Shown: positions 12,461 through 26,900, counted from the first letter of the stretch. The stretch is 64,000 bases of DNA from Octopus vulgaris (GCA_951406725.2 OX597815.1:13764001-13828000), one strand, 5' to 3'. Notes: a model not told the origin generated them from the letters alone. Program-made: numbers and translations.

Positions 12461-13019
12461 AGAAGGAAATGGGGGTCAATACCAAAAACATGGACAGGCC
12501 AAAATTGATAGAGGACGCAACAAACAGAGATCAGTCACCATACATTGCGTGAGTCCGACAGGAAATTATAAAGCCAAAAGATGTCGAATGTGAGTAGACA
12601 ATAAGTGAGAAACTCTTATAAGTGTAGAGGTTTTATTGATACATTCACATTGCTTTTAAGATTTTTCCTTTTTTACTTTCAGAGGTGCTGGTAGGTCACA
12701 TAAAATAAAGTAGAAGCGCGGGCGCGCGTCAGTGTATGTAGGGGGTGGGGGGTGCACGTTGTGTTTTTGCGTATAAACGTGTCTTTTTTTTTTTATTATT
12801 ATTTCGGTATGAATATATATAAAGCCAATCAAACGTATATTCAGGAATTATTCGATAGCTTTCAGTGGAGTAGTTTATGAATTTTTTTACGAGTTGAGGT
12901 TTGAAAGTTAATTTCGGCTACGTTGCCTTCGTTGAACTGTGAATTATATCTCAGTTTCCCATACACATACGTGCGTGTGTGTATGTGTGTACATACATAC
13001 ATATATGTGTAAGTGTCTG

Positions 13020-13245
<226 letters not shown>

Positions 13246-13617
13246 TATATATATATATATATATGTACGTATGTACGTATATATGTGTGTATGTATATAC
13301 ACCTGCGTGCGCGCACACACACACACATGTATGTTGTGTTTGTGGATCATGTGAGAGGAGCAATGTAACTGCGAATTATTTGGGGTGTAAACATTCGATA
13401 AAGATATGTTTATGAATGATTGAACTACGTAGACAGATAGAGCCGAGGTTATTCTTTAAGCATACAATTTAGCACATACTACTGTGCTTCATCCATCTCT
13501 GATTTATGCTCCTATGTAAATCAAATCTGACACACCTTGTCTACGTACATTCTGAACTTACTCCTAACAATAAACAAAGGAAAAAACAAACTGTAATTTT
13601 ACATTAGTAGGGCTGTC

Positions 13618-14555
13618 AGTGTGTTAAAGAAATTGCTTGGTTCAGGATCCAATCCCGCTGCGTGGCAGCTTGGGCAAATGTGTTCTGCTATAGCGTCAGG
13701 ACGACCGAAGTCTAGTCTTTTGAGTGGATTTGGTAGACGGAAACTGAAAGAAGCTCGTCGTATGTGCGCGTATGTGTGTGCGCGCGTATGTGTGTGCGCG
13801 CGTCTGCGTGTCTTTGTGTCTGCGTTTGACCCCCACCACGGCTTGGCAACCGGTATTGGTGTGTTTATGTCCCCACAACCTAGCGGTTCGGCAAAAGAGT
13901 GCGGTGTAGTATGTGTGGTAAGTAGCTTGCTAACTAGCCCCATGGTTCCGGGTTCAGTCCCACTGCGTGGCAGCTTGGGCAAGTGTGTTCTGCTATAGCG
14001 TCAGGAGGACCGAAGTCTAATCTTTTGAGTGGGTTTGGTAGACGGAAACTGAAAGAAGCTCGTCGTATGTGCGTGTGTGTGTGTGCGCGCGTCTGCGTGT
14101 CTTTGTGTCTGCGTTTGACCTCCACCACGGCTTGACAACCGGTATTGGTGTGTTTTAAAGGCGGCGAGCTGGCAGAATCGTTAGCACGTCTGGCGAAATG
14201 CTTAGCGGTATTTCGGCTGCCGTTACGTTGTGAGTTCAAATTCCACCGAGGTCGACTTTGCCTTTCATCCGTTCGGGGTCGATAAATTAAGTACCATCTC
14301 GCACTGGGGTCAATATAATCGACTTAATACCTATGTCTGTCCATGTTTGTCCCCTCTATGTTTAGCCCCTTGTGGGTAATAAAGAAATAGGTATTGGTGT
14401 GTTTCTGTCCCCACAACATAGCGGTTCGGCAAAAGAGTGCAGTGTAGTAAATATTATGGTCTGAAAAATAAAAACCTGGGGTCGATGTGTTTGACTAAAC
14501 GCCTTCAAGGTGGTGCCGCATCCGAGCCGCACTCAGATGACTAAAACAAGATAAA
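13618..14555 (+). mobile_element. Two tandem SINE family B copies; the second is interrupted by a family A SINE
   Basis: Units 13618-13900 and 13905-14555 share sequence; nested insert at 14156-14389. Confidence 0.8.
14156..14389 (+). mobile_element. SINE family A (GGCGGCGAGCTGGCAG head, Nin/Deu-like core)
   Basis: B-box GAGTTCAAATTCC, core GCCTTTCATCC.TTCGGGGTCGATAAA; 15-bp TSD GGTATTGGTGTGTTT (14141-14155 and 14390-14404). Confidence 0.9.
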
Positions 14556-14832
14556 ATCTGTATTAAAAAAGATGTCTACCATGATATGATTCAATAACTA
14601 TGTGAACACAAAACACTCAGTTTGGTTTCTGTGTGGCCAATCTTTTAAATACATGAAATACGAGCTTTTGTATGAACTTTCAGGTATTTACTTGATTCTG
14701 TCATCGGACTGTGCTCAATCTGGGGTTACTCCTTATAGCATTAGCACAACGAACTCGCACCTGTACTGTAATTATTTTAAAACTGGTTCCTGAAGCAGTA
14801 AAACATAAATAAACAGCATCAGTTGACAATTA

Positions 14833-15058
14833 TATATTTCTTTACTATCCACAAGGGGCTAAACACAGAGAGGACAGACAAACGGATTAAGTCGATTATA
14901 TCGACCCCAGTGCGTAACTGGTACTTATTTAATCGACCACGAAAGGATGAAGGGTAAAGTCGACCTCGGCGGAATTTGAACTCACAACGTAGCGGCAGAC
15001 GGAATAGGGCTACGCATTTCGCCCGGCGTGCTAACGTCTCTGCCAGCTCGCCGCCTTT
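14833..15058 (-). mobile_element. SINE family A
   Basis: Full-length reverse copy; TSD AGTTGACAATTA at 14821 and 15059. Confidence 0.9.
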
Positions 15059-16567
15059 AGTTGACAATTAGTGACACGGAACCACAGGCATTCAGACATG
15101 CATGCACACACATAGACACATACGCATGTGCACGCGCGTGCACATACACATGGGCATACACGGATACACACTGACACGGACACACTCGGACACGGACAAG
15201 GTCTCGCGGACACAGACGGACACAGACACACAGAGTCACAGACACAACTATTCTAAAGGGGGTTCTGTACAGTTACTGTTTACGATTCACTCACAAGGTA
15301 TTTGTCCGCACCAGTACTATAATATAAATCCGCTGAGCAAGTTATCGCGCAGCGAAGCTGGTCGCGAATTCACGTTGTTGAGATATGAACACTTCGACGA
15401 AGCATATATACAGAGAGGGGGTGAGATAGAGAGAGATTGGGAAAGAGGGAGAGACAGCAACCAAGATAGAGACACACATAGACAGACAGAGAGACAGTCA
15501 GAAAGTCATAAGAGAGAGATGGAGAAATAGAGGAGAGACACAGAGAGAGAGAGAGAGAGAGATAAAAGAGAATCGTAACTGACATCACGAGTCGTTGGTC
15601 AACAAAAGAAAAGATGTCGGAGATAGGAACGAATCCATCAGCATACGTATAGGCGAGAAATAATAGCAGTTTTCGAAATGTAATGAAAAAGACAATTATA
15701 AACGTATGTTTGTGCGTGATCTAGTATTTATTTGTCCCATTTAATTGCCGTTTCTGCCATCTCTATAACGTAGACTAAGTAATCTTGATTTGAGTGTATA
15801 ATAATTTTCTCACCCATCATTCAACCAGTGTCCCTACTGCCTCTTATCTTCAAATACACCTATTGCTGTTATCTACTTAAATGTAGGTTTTTAAATATAC
15901 AGACAGAATTGAATCACATTTTGCGTTCCAACCAATATTGTATTTAGTATAAGAATAATTTCCAGATCAAAAATTATCTTATTATGTTAATGGAAATAAT
16001 CAGCACTTAGCGCCATACAATAGGGATAACTGGAGTCTGCCATAGAGCAACAATCAAATAAATATTATCATCAGGTCGTTGTAGTTGTCATCGTTGTTGT
16101 TGTTGCCATTGTTGTTTCTGCGGGAACTTGCTGCTGCTGCGCTGCTGCTGCTGCTGCTGCTGCTGCTAAGTTTCTGTTGTCATTGCCACTGTTCTCCTGC
16201 TAGGGCGATGACGGTGAGGACAACCGTGGAAGCTCACGTTATGTTGTACAAGTAATTTAATTCAAATATTAATATTATTTGGAAAGAAGATGACTATGAA
16301 GAGTGAGTGAATGAATGCAGTGTTTTAAAGCAGTTTATAGAAATTAATTTTTCTCTTGTTTTTGTTAATGAAGTAGGAAGAATATTGTTCTAGAGTTTAT
16401 AGGTGTTACACCTAATTTATCATTCTGATCTCTCTCCCACTTCTCTCTTTCTCTTTCTCTCTCTCACCCCCTCTCTCCCTCTCTCAGTCTCTCTGTATGT
16501 GATTCTTACTCTAGATTCCTACTAAGTAGCTTGGAGTTCTGTGGTACTTATTATATACTACTTAAAT

Positions 16568-17149
16568 TGGCGGCGAGCTGGCAGACACGTTAGCACGCCG
16601 GGCGAAATGCATAGCGGTATTTCGTCTGCCGTTACGTTGTGAGTTCAAATTCCGCCGAGGTTGACTTTGCCTTTCATACTTTCGGGCTCGATAAATTAAG
16701 TACCAGTTACGCACTGGGGTCGATGTAATCGACTTAATACCTATGTCTGTCCTTGTTTGTCCCCTCTGTGTTTAGCCCCTTGTGGGTAGTAAAGAAATAG
16801 GTATTTCGTCTGTCGTTACGTTGTGAGTTCAAATTCCGCCGAGGTCGACTTTGCCTTTCATCCTTTCTGGGTCGATAAATTAAGTACCAGTTACGCACCG
16901 TGGTCGATATAATCGACTTAATCCGTTTGTCTGTCCTTGTTTATCCTCTCTGTATTTAGCCCCCTGTGGGTAGTAAAGAAATAGATATTTCTTCTGAAGT
17001 TACGTTTTGAGTTCAAATTCCGCCGAGGTCGACTTTGCCTTTCATCCTTTCTGGGTCGATAAATAAAGTACCAGCTTCGCACTGGTGTCCCTTTGTCTGT
17101 CCTTGTTTGTCCCCTCTATGTTTAGCTCCTTGTGGGCAACAAAGAAATA
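16568..17149 (+). mobile_element. SINE family A, trimeric (one head plus three bodies)
   Basis: Body restarts at G(G/A)TATTT near 16800 and 16984; one TSD TATATACTACTTAAAT flanks the whole array. Confidence 0.9.
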
Positions 17150-17428
17150 TATATACTACTTAAATGTTTCTTTTGTTAGTTTAAAATAGTGAGATAGACT
17201 AGGACACTGCTATAGGAAATAGAAAAGAGGTTCTGCACAAATTTTATAGATATCGTCTCCTAAGTTTTCAACTACTATAATGCGGTTGACTCAAGGAAGT
17301 GGTATAATACTGTTGCCCATGTTATCACTCAGTTGTGTCGATCCCTAAAGCAAGTAATTACTGACGTTTACTCTATAGCCTTCTACGCCCATACCCGCTT
17401 TCTCACTAATTGTTGAACCAATAGATAA

Positions 17429-17657
17429 GGCAGCGAGCTGGCAGAAACGATAGCACGCCGGGCGAAAGGCTCAGCGATATTTCGTCTGTCGTTACGTTCT
17501 GAGTTCAAATTCCACCGAGGTCGACTTTGCCTTTCATCCTTTCGGGGTCGATAGATTAAGTACCAGTTTCGCACTGGGATCGATGTAATCGACTTAATCC
17601 CTTTCTCTGTCCTTGTTTGTCCCCTCTATGTTTAGCCCCTTGTGGGTAGTAAAGAAA
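17429..17657 (+). mobile_element. SINE family A
   Basis: Full-length copy; TSD GAACCAATAG. Confidence 0.9.
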
Positions 17658-18845
17658 AATAATGATCGAACCAATAGCCTACTCTGCATCAAAGACAACG
17701 CAGGAAGTTTTTTCTGTGATTTAGTGCCTTTGAATATTTGTTCTTATTTTTACCCCTAAAATTATTTTTCCCTGTGCAGAGGAACATACTTTTTACCCTT
17801 GTCCTTGTTTTCCTAATACTTTACTTTCAGACATTATACTGCATATACTGAGACACTATCTTCCATTTGTTACGTGAAGCTCAGTACTTATTTTATTGCT
17901 GATATAAATAAACTTCATTAACGGTGAGCAAAGACTCAAACCCAGGGATGAAATGTGTATAAAGGTTGGCGCTCAGTCGGTTCCGACGATAAGGTTTCCA
18001 GCTGTTCCGATCAACGAAACAGCTTGCTCGTGGAATTATGTGTGTGTCTATAGAGAGGATGAGACGGAGGAAGAGGGTTGTTACGCAGTTCGATTCCTTC
18101 ACACTTCGTCAGCATTATCCGCAAAAACTACAATACAATATAAAGACTTTTACAGATATTTATATATCGGAGTCATGCATATTTATTGGCAAGCTTGTAG
18201 GCACAGCAAGAATACTGGATGATAGAATGCGTGATAATAGTATAATGCTAAAAGCGGAATGATAAAGAAGTGGGGAAAGCATTGATGGGCATACTCATGC
18301 ATTACACATGAAGTCATACCTAGAAACAATCGTGGGTGAATGTAGTATTTGTGTCCAACGGGCTTTCTCATCGTTACTGTTTCTCGAATTCCAATCGCAT
18401 GGCATTCTTCAAAGCGTGGGTTTCTCGGGGAAGAGTCACTCAAGGTGGCGAGCAATGGTGTCGAAATCGAACCCTGAAGTGTAGAAGAGGAAGTTTTTAC
18501 TCTTCGCAAATTCTGCGCATAATGTAAACGAATAAGTATGCATAATTTACAAGACTAATGATTTCTGAATTATTAATGCACAGAATTTATGAATGATAAA
18601 ATGGCTAAAGATACAGAGAATTATTCACTGGTTGTTGGTGAAAGCGAAACACTTTGAATAAAAGATTAGGAATTTTGTTTTTAAGCATTAAAACCTAAAA
18701 TTCTTACAAACAGCAGCAAATAAATCCAGACTGATTACCGGTTAATGTTGTTGCACAGAAATATCCAACGAATATATGACTTTAAATATTTATATAAGCA
18801 TATATACACACAGTTAATATCCACCCACAAAAAATCGCATACATA

Positions 18846-19367
18846 TCTCTCTATATATAAACGGAAGTTTGTCTGTCTGTGTGTCTGTGTCTGTCAGGTT
18901 GTACCCTCACCCTGACCACGGCTTTCAACCGATTCTGATGAAACTTGACACACACATAGCCCAATGTCATAATTCAAAACTAATGCAGTACAAATTTTGA
19001 AAAGTTCCCCTAGTTCTGAATAAAATCGATAAATTCGACATGGGTTCGAGAATCTAAGCTTTTTATTTGCAACACATTTTCTGTTATAGTTTTAGCAACT
19101 TGCAATCCATTTTCACCAAACTCACGGTGAAGCTTAATGTTACCCTAAGAAACTTAATTCTGACGTTAGTTTTCCATGCAATACCTTACCATCAGAAAAA
19201 ATCGATAAAATCATGCCATTTTGGGAAATCGCGTTCAAATTCAAGATGACATATTTTCGACAATATCTTTCCCAAATTGGCAGAAATTTTTATTTAAATT
19301 CACAGCGAGCATCATGTCTACTCCAGGGGCTCTTAAATACCCCGGAAATGCCGGGCTCTGCTGCTAG
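18846..19367 (+). mobile_element. Non-autonomous Helitron
   Basis: A|TCTCTCTATATATAAAC start, (GTCT)n repeat, CCGATTCTGATGAAACTTG motif, 3' hairpin CCCGGAAATGCCGGG then CTAG|T. Confidence 0.8.
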
Positions 19368-20043
19368 TACGTATATAAATATGTATACGTATGTAGGTGA
19401 ATATGTAATTATTTATATGAGATGTAAAGTGTAACACGCAAGCAGGTTTCAGGCGCTGTAGAACGACCCGTCACACAGCGTTTCGTCGTACACCCATAAG
19501 CTTAGCAGTTTCCCGCATACCACTCGTAGTTTGGTACAACTGATCGTACGATTCTGTTATGTAGTGTTAGTCATTTTACTGGCATTGTTCATAATCAACA
19601 ATTTGGGGATATATATTGAGCACTTAATACCATTCTTTGTAGTTTTGCATAAACACGAAGTAGATGAAATAATGAAAGTTCTGCATGAGGCCAATTATTT
19701 CCAATGAGTATTTGAACTCTGAAAGTAAATCGATGGAAGAAATGCCTTCATGCATTTTGTCTGGAACAGCTGCGTTTTGATTAGCTCGCTGTTTTAAGGG
19801 GGATTTTCGGGCCTAGTTTACATTTCAGAAGGTTCCTCTTAGCTTTTGGAAATCCGCAAAATGATGGCACAGCCGGAACTCGATAGTCAACAGCAAAAGG
19901 AGTTAATTCACAATTGTTACCTTTGAGTGGATAAAGGAATTTCCTCCCCTATATTTTTAAGAGGTCTTGAGCCCACAGTGCTTTTTTTCTGGAGATCTGA
20001 CGACACGCCAATAAGCTAAACCTTTAATGACGGGATATCTATA

Positions 20044-20080
<37 letters not shown>

Positions 20081-20298
20081 TCTAGACTATTGGATATTAT
20101 TACATAGTGGTGATCACAATGCGCTTCCTTGCATTGTTGTGATTTTCGTATCCGATGAAGTATTTAGCAAAATTCTTAATCTATCGTTGCGGTTTTTTTG
20201 CAACGTTGCTCGCACTCCGTGTGGGTTAATGAGAGAGCCTAGATTATCTCAGATTAATCTCCTTTAAACAAACAATATATATATATATATATATATAC

Positions 20299-20343
<45 letters not shown>

Positions 20344-20872
20344 GTTATTAGATTTTATATGTGAGTTTGTGCAAGTGGATATATGTATATATAAGTGTGT
20401 ATTTCGTATCTGTCATCATAAAACTATACTGAATAACGTAGTCAATACTTCTGGAGTGTTCTTAAATACACTTAATTATTAATGACCAGCTGATACGTTT
20501 ATATTCTTTGTTCAACTGTTCTCAATTATTTTTTCTTCGAAGCAAGTCACCTAAGTCTTTTGTAGTGTTAAAGTATTAGCTTATAGTGAAAGTCTGTATA
20601 TAAAGTATGCAAGCAAGGAAGAAGCAGCGAAAGAAAGCAAGAGCAAAAGAGAAATCTAATGAAAGAAAGAGATGTGGAAAGAAAAATAATGGAGAGGATG
20701 AAAGGGTACAAGTAATAGAAAAGGAGAAAAAGAATTTCTTTTATGCACCCGGGTGTGTGTATGAGAGGGTGTGTCTGCGTATGCATGTCTGCGTTTGTGT
20801 TTGTGTGTGTAGGTGCATATTTAGTTATGTAGTGAGAAGCTTACTTGCTAATGAGATGGTACTGGTTCTTTA

Positions 20873-20911
<39 letters not shown>

Positions 20912-20970
20912 TACACACATATATATACATATATATATACATATATACATATATGCATATATATACATAT

Positions 20971-21082
20971 ATCACGTGATCACGTGACCGACCAGACCAT
21001 CAGATGTTGTTACATATCGCTGGTCACAATGCGTTTGCATTATTTTAGCCTTCTAATGACGCTGGCTGAGCGAGCAGGCCAA
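20971..21082 (-). mobile_element. SINE family D 3' fragment within (TA)n
   Basis: Matches 38897-39020 and 34701-34819; tail ATCACGTGATCACGTGAC. Confidence 0.75.
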
Positions 21083-21114
21083 TATACATATGTATATATA
21101 TATATATATATCAC

Positions 21115-21205
<91 letters not shown>

Positions 21206-21228
21206 ATATATATATATATATATATGTG

Positions 21229-21570
21229 AAGGCGCATGGCTCAGTGGTTAGAGCGTCGAGCTTACGATCGTAAGGTTGTGAGCTCGAATCCCGGACCGGG
21301 CTGCGTGTTGTGTTCTCGAGCAAGGCACTTTATTTCACGTTGCTCCAGTTCACTCAGCTGTAGAAATGAGTTGCGACGTCACTGGTGCCAAGCTGTATCG
21401 ACCTTTGTCTTTCCCTTGGATAACACTGGTGGCGTGGAGAGGGGAGGCTGGTATGCATGGGCGACTGCTGGCCTTCCATAAGAACGACCTTGCCCAGACT
21501 TGTGTCTAGGAGGGTAACTTTCTAGGTGCAATCCCATGGTCATTCATGACCGAAGGGGGTCTTTACCCCT
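21229..21570 (+). mobile_element. tRNA-derived SINE, family C (CORE-like centre), within (TA)n
   Basis: A-box TGGCTCAGTGG, B-box-like GCTCGAATCC, core GAGCAAGGCACTTTATTTCACGTTGCTCCAG. Confidence 0.8.
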
Positions 21571-21633
<63 letters not shown>

Positions 21634-21919
21634 AAGATTGAAAAGGAAAACACGAGTCGATATATATGGAAAAAAAGGGAAGTTAGAAAATGCTAAAATG
21701 ATTCTTAATAAACATTTCAGTACCGGTTTAAGTCATTGATTCTTTTTCAACTGTAATATGGAACAAAAAATTTAATTTGGGGAAAATTAAAAGAAAAGTT
21801 TTTTGAAAATAATATTTGGATAGTATTCAAATACAAGGGACATTTTCCTTGTTTCTAGCTGCCTTTGTCTTTCTTGTTCACTTTTGTGGGTTCGAGGTCG
21901 TTGTAAATTCTTGGCAGGG

Positions 21920-22089
21920 ATGAAGAAGAAGAAGGAGGAGGAGGAGGAGAAGAAGAAGTAGAATAAGAATAAGAAGAAGGACAACAGCAACAACAGCAGC
22001 AGCAACAACAACAACAACAGCAACAACAACAAGAAGTAGAAGGAGAAAGAAAAGAAGAAAAAGAAAAAGGAAAAGAATAATAATAATAA

Positions 22090-22120
<31 letters not shown>

Positions 22121-22143
22121 AAGAAGAAGAAGAAGAAGAAGAA
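21920..22143. repeat. Compound triplet array (GAA)/(GGA)/(CAA,CAG)/(TAA)/(GAA)
   Basis: Directly visible. Confidence 0.95.
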
Positions 22144-22165
22144 TGCGGGAGTGCCATGATAGTAG

Positions 22166-22483
22166 GAGCACTCCATCGGTTACGACGACGACGGTCCCAG
22201 CTGATACGATCAACTGAGCAGCTTGCTCGTGAAATTGACGTGCAAGTGGCTAAGCACTTCACAGATACGTGTACCCCTAACGTAGTTCTCAGGGAGATTC
22301 AGCGTGACACAGAGTGTGACAAAGCCGGCTCTTTGCAATACAGGTGCAACTCATTTTGCTGGCTGAGTGAACTGGAGCAACGTGAAATAAAGTATCTTGG
22401 TCAAAGATACAACGCGTCGCAGGGAATCGAACTCACGACCTTACAAGCGTGACCCGAAAGCCCTAAACACTAAGCCACGCGCC
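22166..22483 (-). mobile_element. tRNA-derived SINE related to family C, with a different 3' tail
   Basis: Shares TTTCACGTTGCTCCAGTTCACTCAGC with 21229-21570; TSD GCCATGATAGTAG (22153 and 22481); tail remnant also at ~17975-18040. Confidence 0.8.
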
Positions 22484-22749
22484 ATGATAGTAGTAAGATC
22501 TTACATGGTTAAGCGCTCTGAAAGTGAATACTTGTGGATGGTAGTAGTGATTGAATTTTGGTGACATCTCTTTTGAATGTATTGTTTATAAAATTTGCGT
22601 AGGTTTTATTCTAAACCGCAAGAGTAGTAAGGTTAGAAGGAGGTGGTGGAGAGAGGAAGAAGACGAAGAAGAAGAAGAAAGAGAAAGAGAAAGGAAAATA
22701 ATAAAGGAACGCAGGTGGTATGATAGTAGTTGGATGTTAAATGATCAAG

Positions 22750-23520
22750 TTCCATAAAAGCGTTTCGTTATGGATTATAGCAGTGATTGGGACTGTTTTT
22801 AATGAATTCATGGGAATCTCTTGAGTGTATCATTTTTTTATATTTGTGTTTGTGTTATTCTAAGGCCGTGGTGGATATGTCGTTTGTTGTAGATACATCC
22901 AAAAGGGGTCTGTATATTTTGTTTATTTTGTAATAAAGAGAGTCTCTTTACTAATTCTTTGGCTACAGGCTGTATCTTTCCTGAACTGGTAGAGGGATAA
23001 AATTCTGAAGCTTGGATTTTTGTTATTGGCGCAAATGTCGATGTGTTGGCTGAATGCTATTTTTATGTTTTGGGGAATTTTGATCCGGGATCTGTGCAGA
23101 GCCATCCTTTTACGTAGACTGTTTTTTGTTTTGCCTATGTATTGCTCTTGACACCCAGAGTAATTTAGAACGTATATCATGTTCTCCGAAGCACATGCGT
23201 AGCTGCTTTTCCCGTTTAATGTTTATACATTCGTTTTGCAAGATACTTGATGTGAATTTGTATGTTAAAACAGATATTGTTTTATTTGTGGATGGTCATG
23301 TTGCTAGTTCAACCAATGAAAAGACACGCACTATATATTTGGTATTCACTTGATTCAGCTTTATTTTATATTAATTGTATTTCGGCCAGAGTTCTTTCGT
23401 CATACTTTTGTGACCTAATCAGTGGTCCTTTGCTTTCTTCTTTCTATTTTGTGTGTCTCTCCTTACTAATGAGCTGCCATTTTGTATTCCTGATTTCGGC
23501 TTTCTTATCCTTGTCAATGA
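22750..23520 (-). mobile_element. Penelope-like element: GIY-YIG endonuclease remnant and 3' region
   Basis: IYVLNYSGCQEQYIGKTKNSLRKRMALHRSRI...SKETLFITK (ORF 22923-23180); degenerate CGAAACGC downstream. Confidence 0.85.
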
Positions 23521-23803
23521 TAGACGGCCGACCACTGGAAATAGCACCGAAAATTTCTTCGATATTATTTAGCGTTTCGGAGAGGGAAATCGAAGGTATA
23601 CCCGAGTGATTCCCAGTACAGGATGCAGGTGCTGCTCAACAACAATGCACTTACAGACAGAAGAATCTCGAAAAAAAAAATGATTTAAGGATTTGAATTA
23701 GTGACGGGTGACATTTTTCTAAGTGCTTAATGTAAATTACAGTTGTATTCTATTAGGTGAATATGTAATATTTCAAAATGCGTATACATGTATATATATA
23801 TAC

Positions 23804-24051
<248 letters not shown>

Positions 24052-24055
24052 AACA

Positions 24056-24273
24056 AAGGGGTACTGAAAAGTTACTGGCTTTGGGTTAAAGAATATACAG
24101 TATTATCAGTTAATTTTGATTTTATTCAACATGTTCCCTCTCAGATTCACACACTTATTGTAGCGGCCCTTGAAATTTTCTAAGCCCTGTAAAAGACCTG
24201 CGAATGTGGGGCCTCCATCCAGACCTTCCGTTACACTCTTAAGGCGAGAAACTTTACTTCATACTCTTGAATA
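24056..24273. mobile_element. Mariner-derived MITE, degenerate
   Basis: Left end GGGGTACTGAAAAGTTACTGGCTTT resembles mariner TIRs; decayed complement near 24241-24270. Confidence 0.55.
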
Positions 24274-24322
24274 CATATGCGTTTTATGTGTATATATATA
24301 TATGTATATACATATATATCCT

Positions 24323-24705
24323 CTTTTTCTCTTTTACTTGTTTCAGTTATTTGACTGCGGCCATGCTGTAGCACCGCCTTTAGTCGAGCAAATCGACCCC
24401 GGGACTTATTCTTTGTAAGCCCAGTACTTATTTTATCGGTTCTTTTACCGAACCGCTAAGTGACGGGGACCTAAACACACCAGCATCGGTTGTCAAGCAA
24501 TGCTAGGGGACAAACACACACACATACATATATATATACATATATACGACAGGCTTCTTTCAGTTTCTGTCTACCAAATCCACTCACAGGGCATTGGTCG
24601 GCCCGGGGCTATAGCAGAAGACCCTTGCCCAAGATGCCACGCAGTGGGACTGAACCCGGAACCATGTGGTTGGTTAGCAAGCTACTTACCGCACAGCCAC
24701 TCCTA
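24323..24705 (-). mobile_element. SINE family B, full length
   Basis: Highly similar to 9844-10247. Confidence 0.85.
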
Positions 24706-24839
24706 TACATCAGTATTTAGGTGTGTGTGCATATGCTTGTTGGTGTATGTGATTATGCTTGTGCGGGCGCGTCTCTGGGTGTTCATAGGGAGGTAACTTT
24801 ATATATATTTCTATTTAGCTGTATGTTTATATAGATCTA

Positions 24840-24882
<43 letters not shown>

Positions 24883-25144
24883 CTCTCTCCGTCTTTCTCC
24901 TTCTTTCTCTTTCTCTCGCTCTCTTTCCTGTACTACTTGATTTGCTCTGTATTCTCTCTCCCAAATGTTTATACATATTCACATGTCATTAACAACTAAT
25001 TATTTATTAACGTTTCATCCAAATAAAAATTTTGTATTATTTATTTCTCAGGCTAATGAGTTTCTAACAGAGCATTTCTTAACGCTTTTCCTACTTGTAC
25101 AATTTTGTAATTCATATTAGCAAATAAAACATGCTTGAAGGTGA

Positions 25145-25199
<55 letters not shown>

Positions 25200-25363
25200 G
25201 CAGGTGGCTCGCAGTAATTTATCTATATATGTGTATGTATGTATATATGTATCTATGCATGAATGTAAGTATGGATGCAAGTACGTAGGTATTTATGTAT
25301 AAATATTTGTGTCTGTGTGTGTAGATTTATTTATATATATACGTATATGTATGGATATATGAA

Positions 25364-25395
<32 letters not shown>

Positions 25396-25699
25396 ATTAC
25401 ATATAAGTGTGCATAAATAAATGCTTGTGTGTGATTGGGTACGCTTGTCGTTATAGGAGAAAGAGGAAGGGTAAGAAGAAGGGAAAGAATATTCACATGG
25501 GAAGAAATCGTGACGTGAATATTCCAACGCAGTCATATTTAGTTTAATATTGTGAATTAAACATGAAAACAAATAATCAATTAATAATATCTGAAATTTC
25601 ATAAATTAATAAATATACGCTTCAAGAACAAACAAAAGTAGTTAAGCCCACTAATTCAGAAATGTCTATAAACATCTATGTTTATACAACTCTCACGGG

Positions 25700-26900
25700 C
25701 ATAGCTCGGCTGCCTTGGGCTTCAGAATAAGATATCATTTCAACGATTCAATGTCTCCAGCATGCGCGTATGATTGGATGATTTCTACTTGGGAGACGCT
25801 AGAGAATTTTGCCAATATATTAAGACCACTTGATAGGTGGGAAAATCTTGAGTTGAAAGTCACAATCAAACATCTGCTTACTTCCAAATATTGATGCTTC
25901 TGCTAAAGTTTAAACACTTACAACTCGCTAGTCATATTTAGACATTGCTGTAGAATTACGATTCTTGTGTGATTTCATTATTGATCACTGATAGAATATA
26001 TTACATCAGTTTCTTCATCGCACATGATTTGTCTGTTGTGGAGAAGATCAGTCGATATACATACATAGAAATCACGAAGACTTACATAGCATACACATAC
26101 AAAAACACACACATAATTATTCATGGCATTCATAATATTCATAACCGTCATAAAATATATATTACCCATACATCTGTGTGTGTGTGTGTGTGTATGTGTG
26201 TTAGAAAGATATATACAGGTATATGAAATATTATACAAGATAAATTATTGATTTAATATTATATTATCCCTGCTCCTAGAGGCGGTGTGTAATCACTTCG
26301 TGACCATTAGTAATAATTACAAATTAGTAGGGTCGATAAACTCAGGAATCAAGAATTTCTCAAAAATTCATTTGCCATTAAAATAAAGGTACCACTGTGG
26401 AAGCGTCTTTGAGACATATTAAAATTCATTAACTCAGCAATCATCCTAACTTATCTTCAGCATACGCGACTCCCAATAACGGAACAGGTGGAGGTAATTC
26501 CCATCAAAGAAACAAAACTGAGGTTAGGCAAATGGCTCAGTGGCCAGTAGTATATAAGTGGACGACAATGAATGAAGGTACTTCAAATAGGATACGAGGA
26601 AAATTCTTCCTTGGTTGAAATTATCAACGCTTTTAAAGAAGGTTGACCAATCGCTTTGGTATCACTGATAGCCACGCTAAGTGAGCAGAGGAAATTATCT
26701 GAGGAAACAACATTTCTCTAAATCGGATATGTCATTAAGAAAAAAACTGAGTGTCATATATCCATAGAGTGCTGTTATCGCCAACTGAGTCATAAAAACA
26801 AATCCACGGCTATCCCCTTGTCTTCACTTGATCTTACTGTCTTTTCCTGAACGGCATGTAAACTTAGATTGCTTGATTCTTGTGATTATTTCTTCTGATC
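25700..26900 (-). mobile_element. Highly decayed PLE reverse transcriptase
   Basis: Scattered PLE-RT-like words in the expected order on the minus strand: EDKGIAV (~26815), CRPLI (~26560), FNS..F (~25855); no continuous frame. Confidence 0.35.

Noticed and set aside
16568-17149. CRISPR-like array
   Set aside because: Units are SINE bodies without unique spacers, in eukaryotic DNA.
18926-18945. HHR from CTGATGA..GAAAC overlap (CTGATGAAAC)
   Set aside because: No stem II; this is the common Helitron internal motif CCGATT.TGATGAAA.TTG.
21229-21300. Functional tRNA gene
   Set aside because: The tRNA-like head continues into a SINE body and the acceptor stem is incomplete; the same applies at 29970 and 22410-22483.
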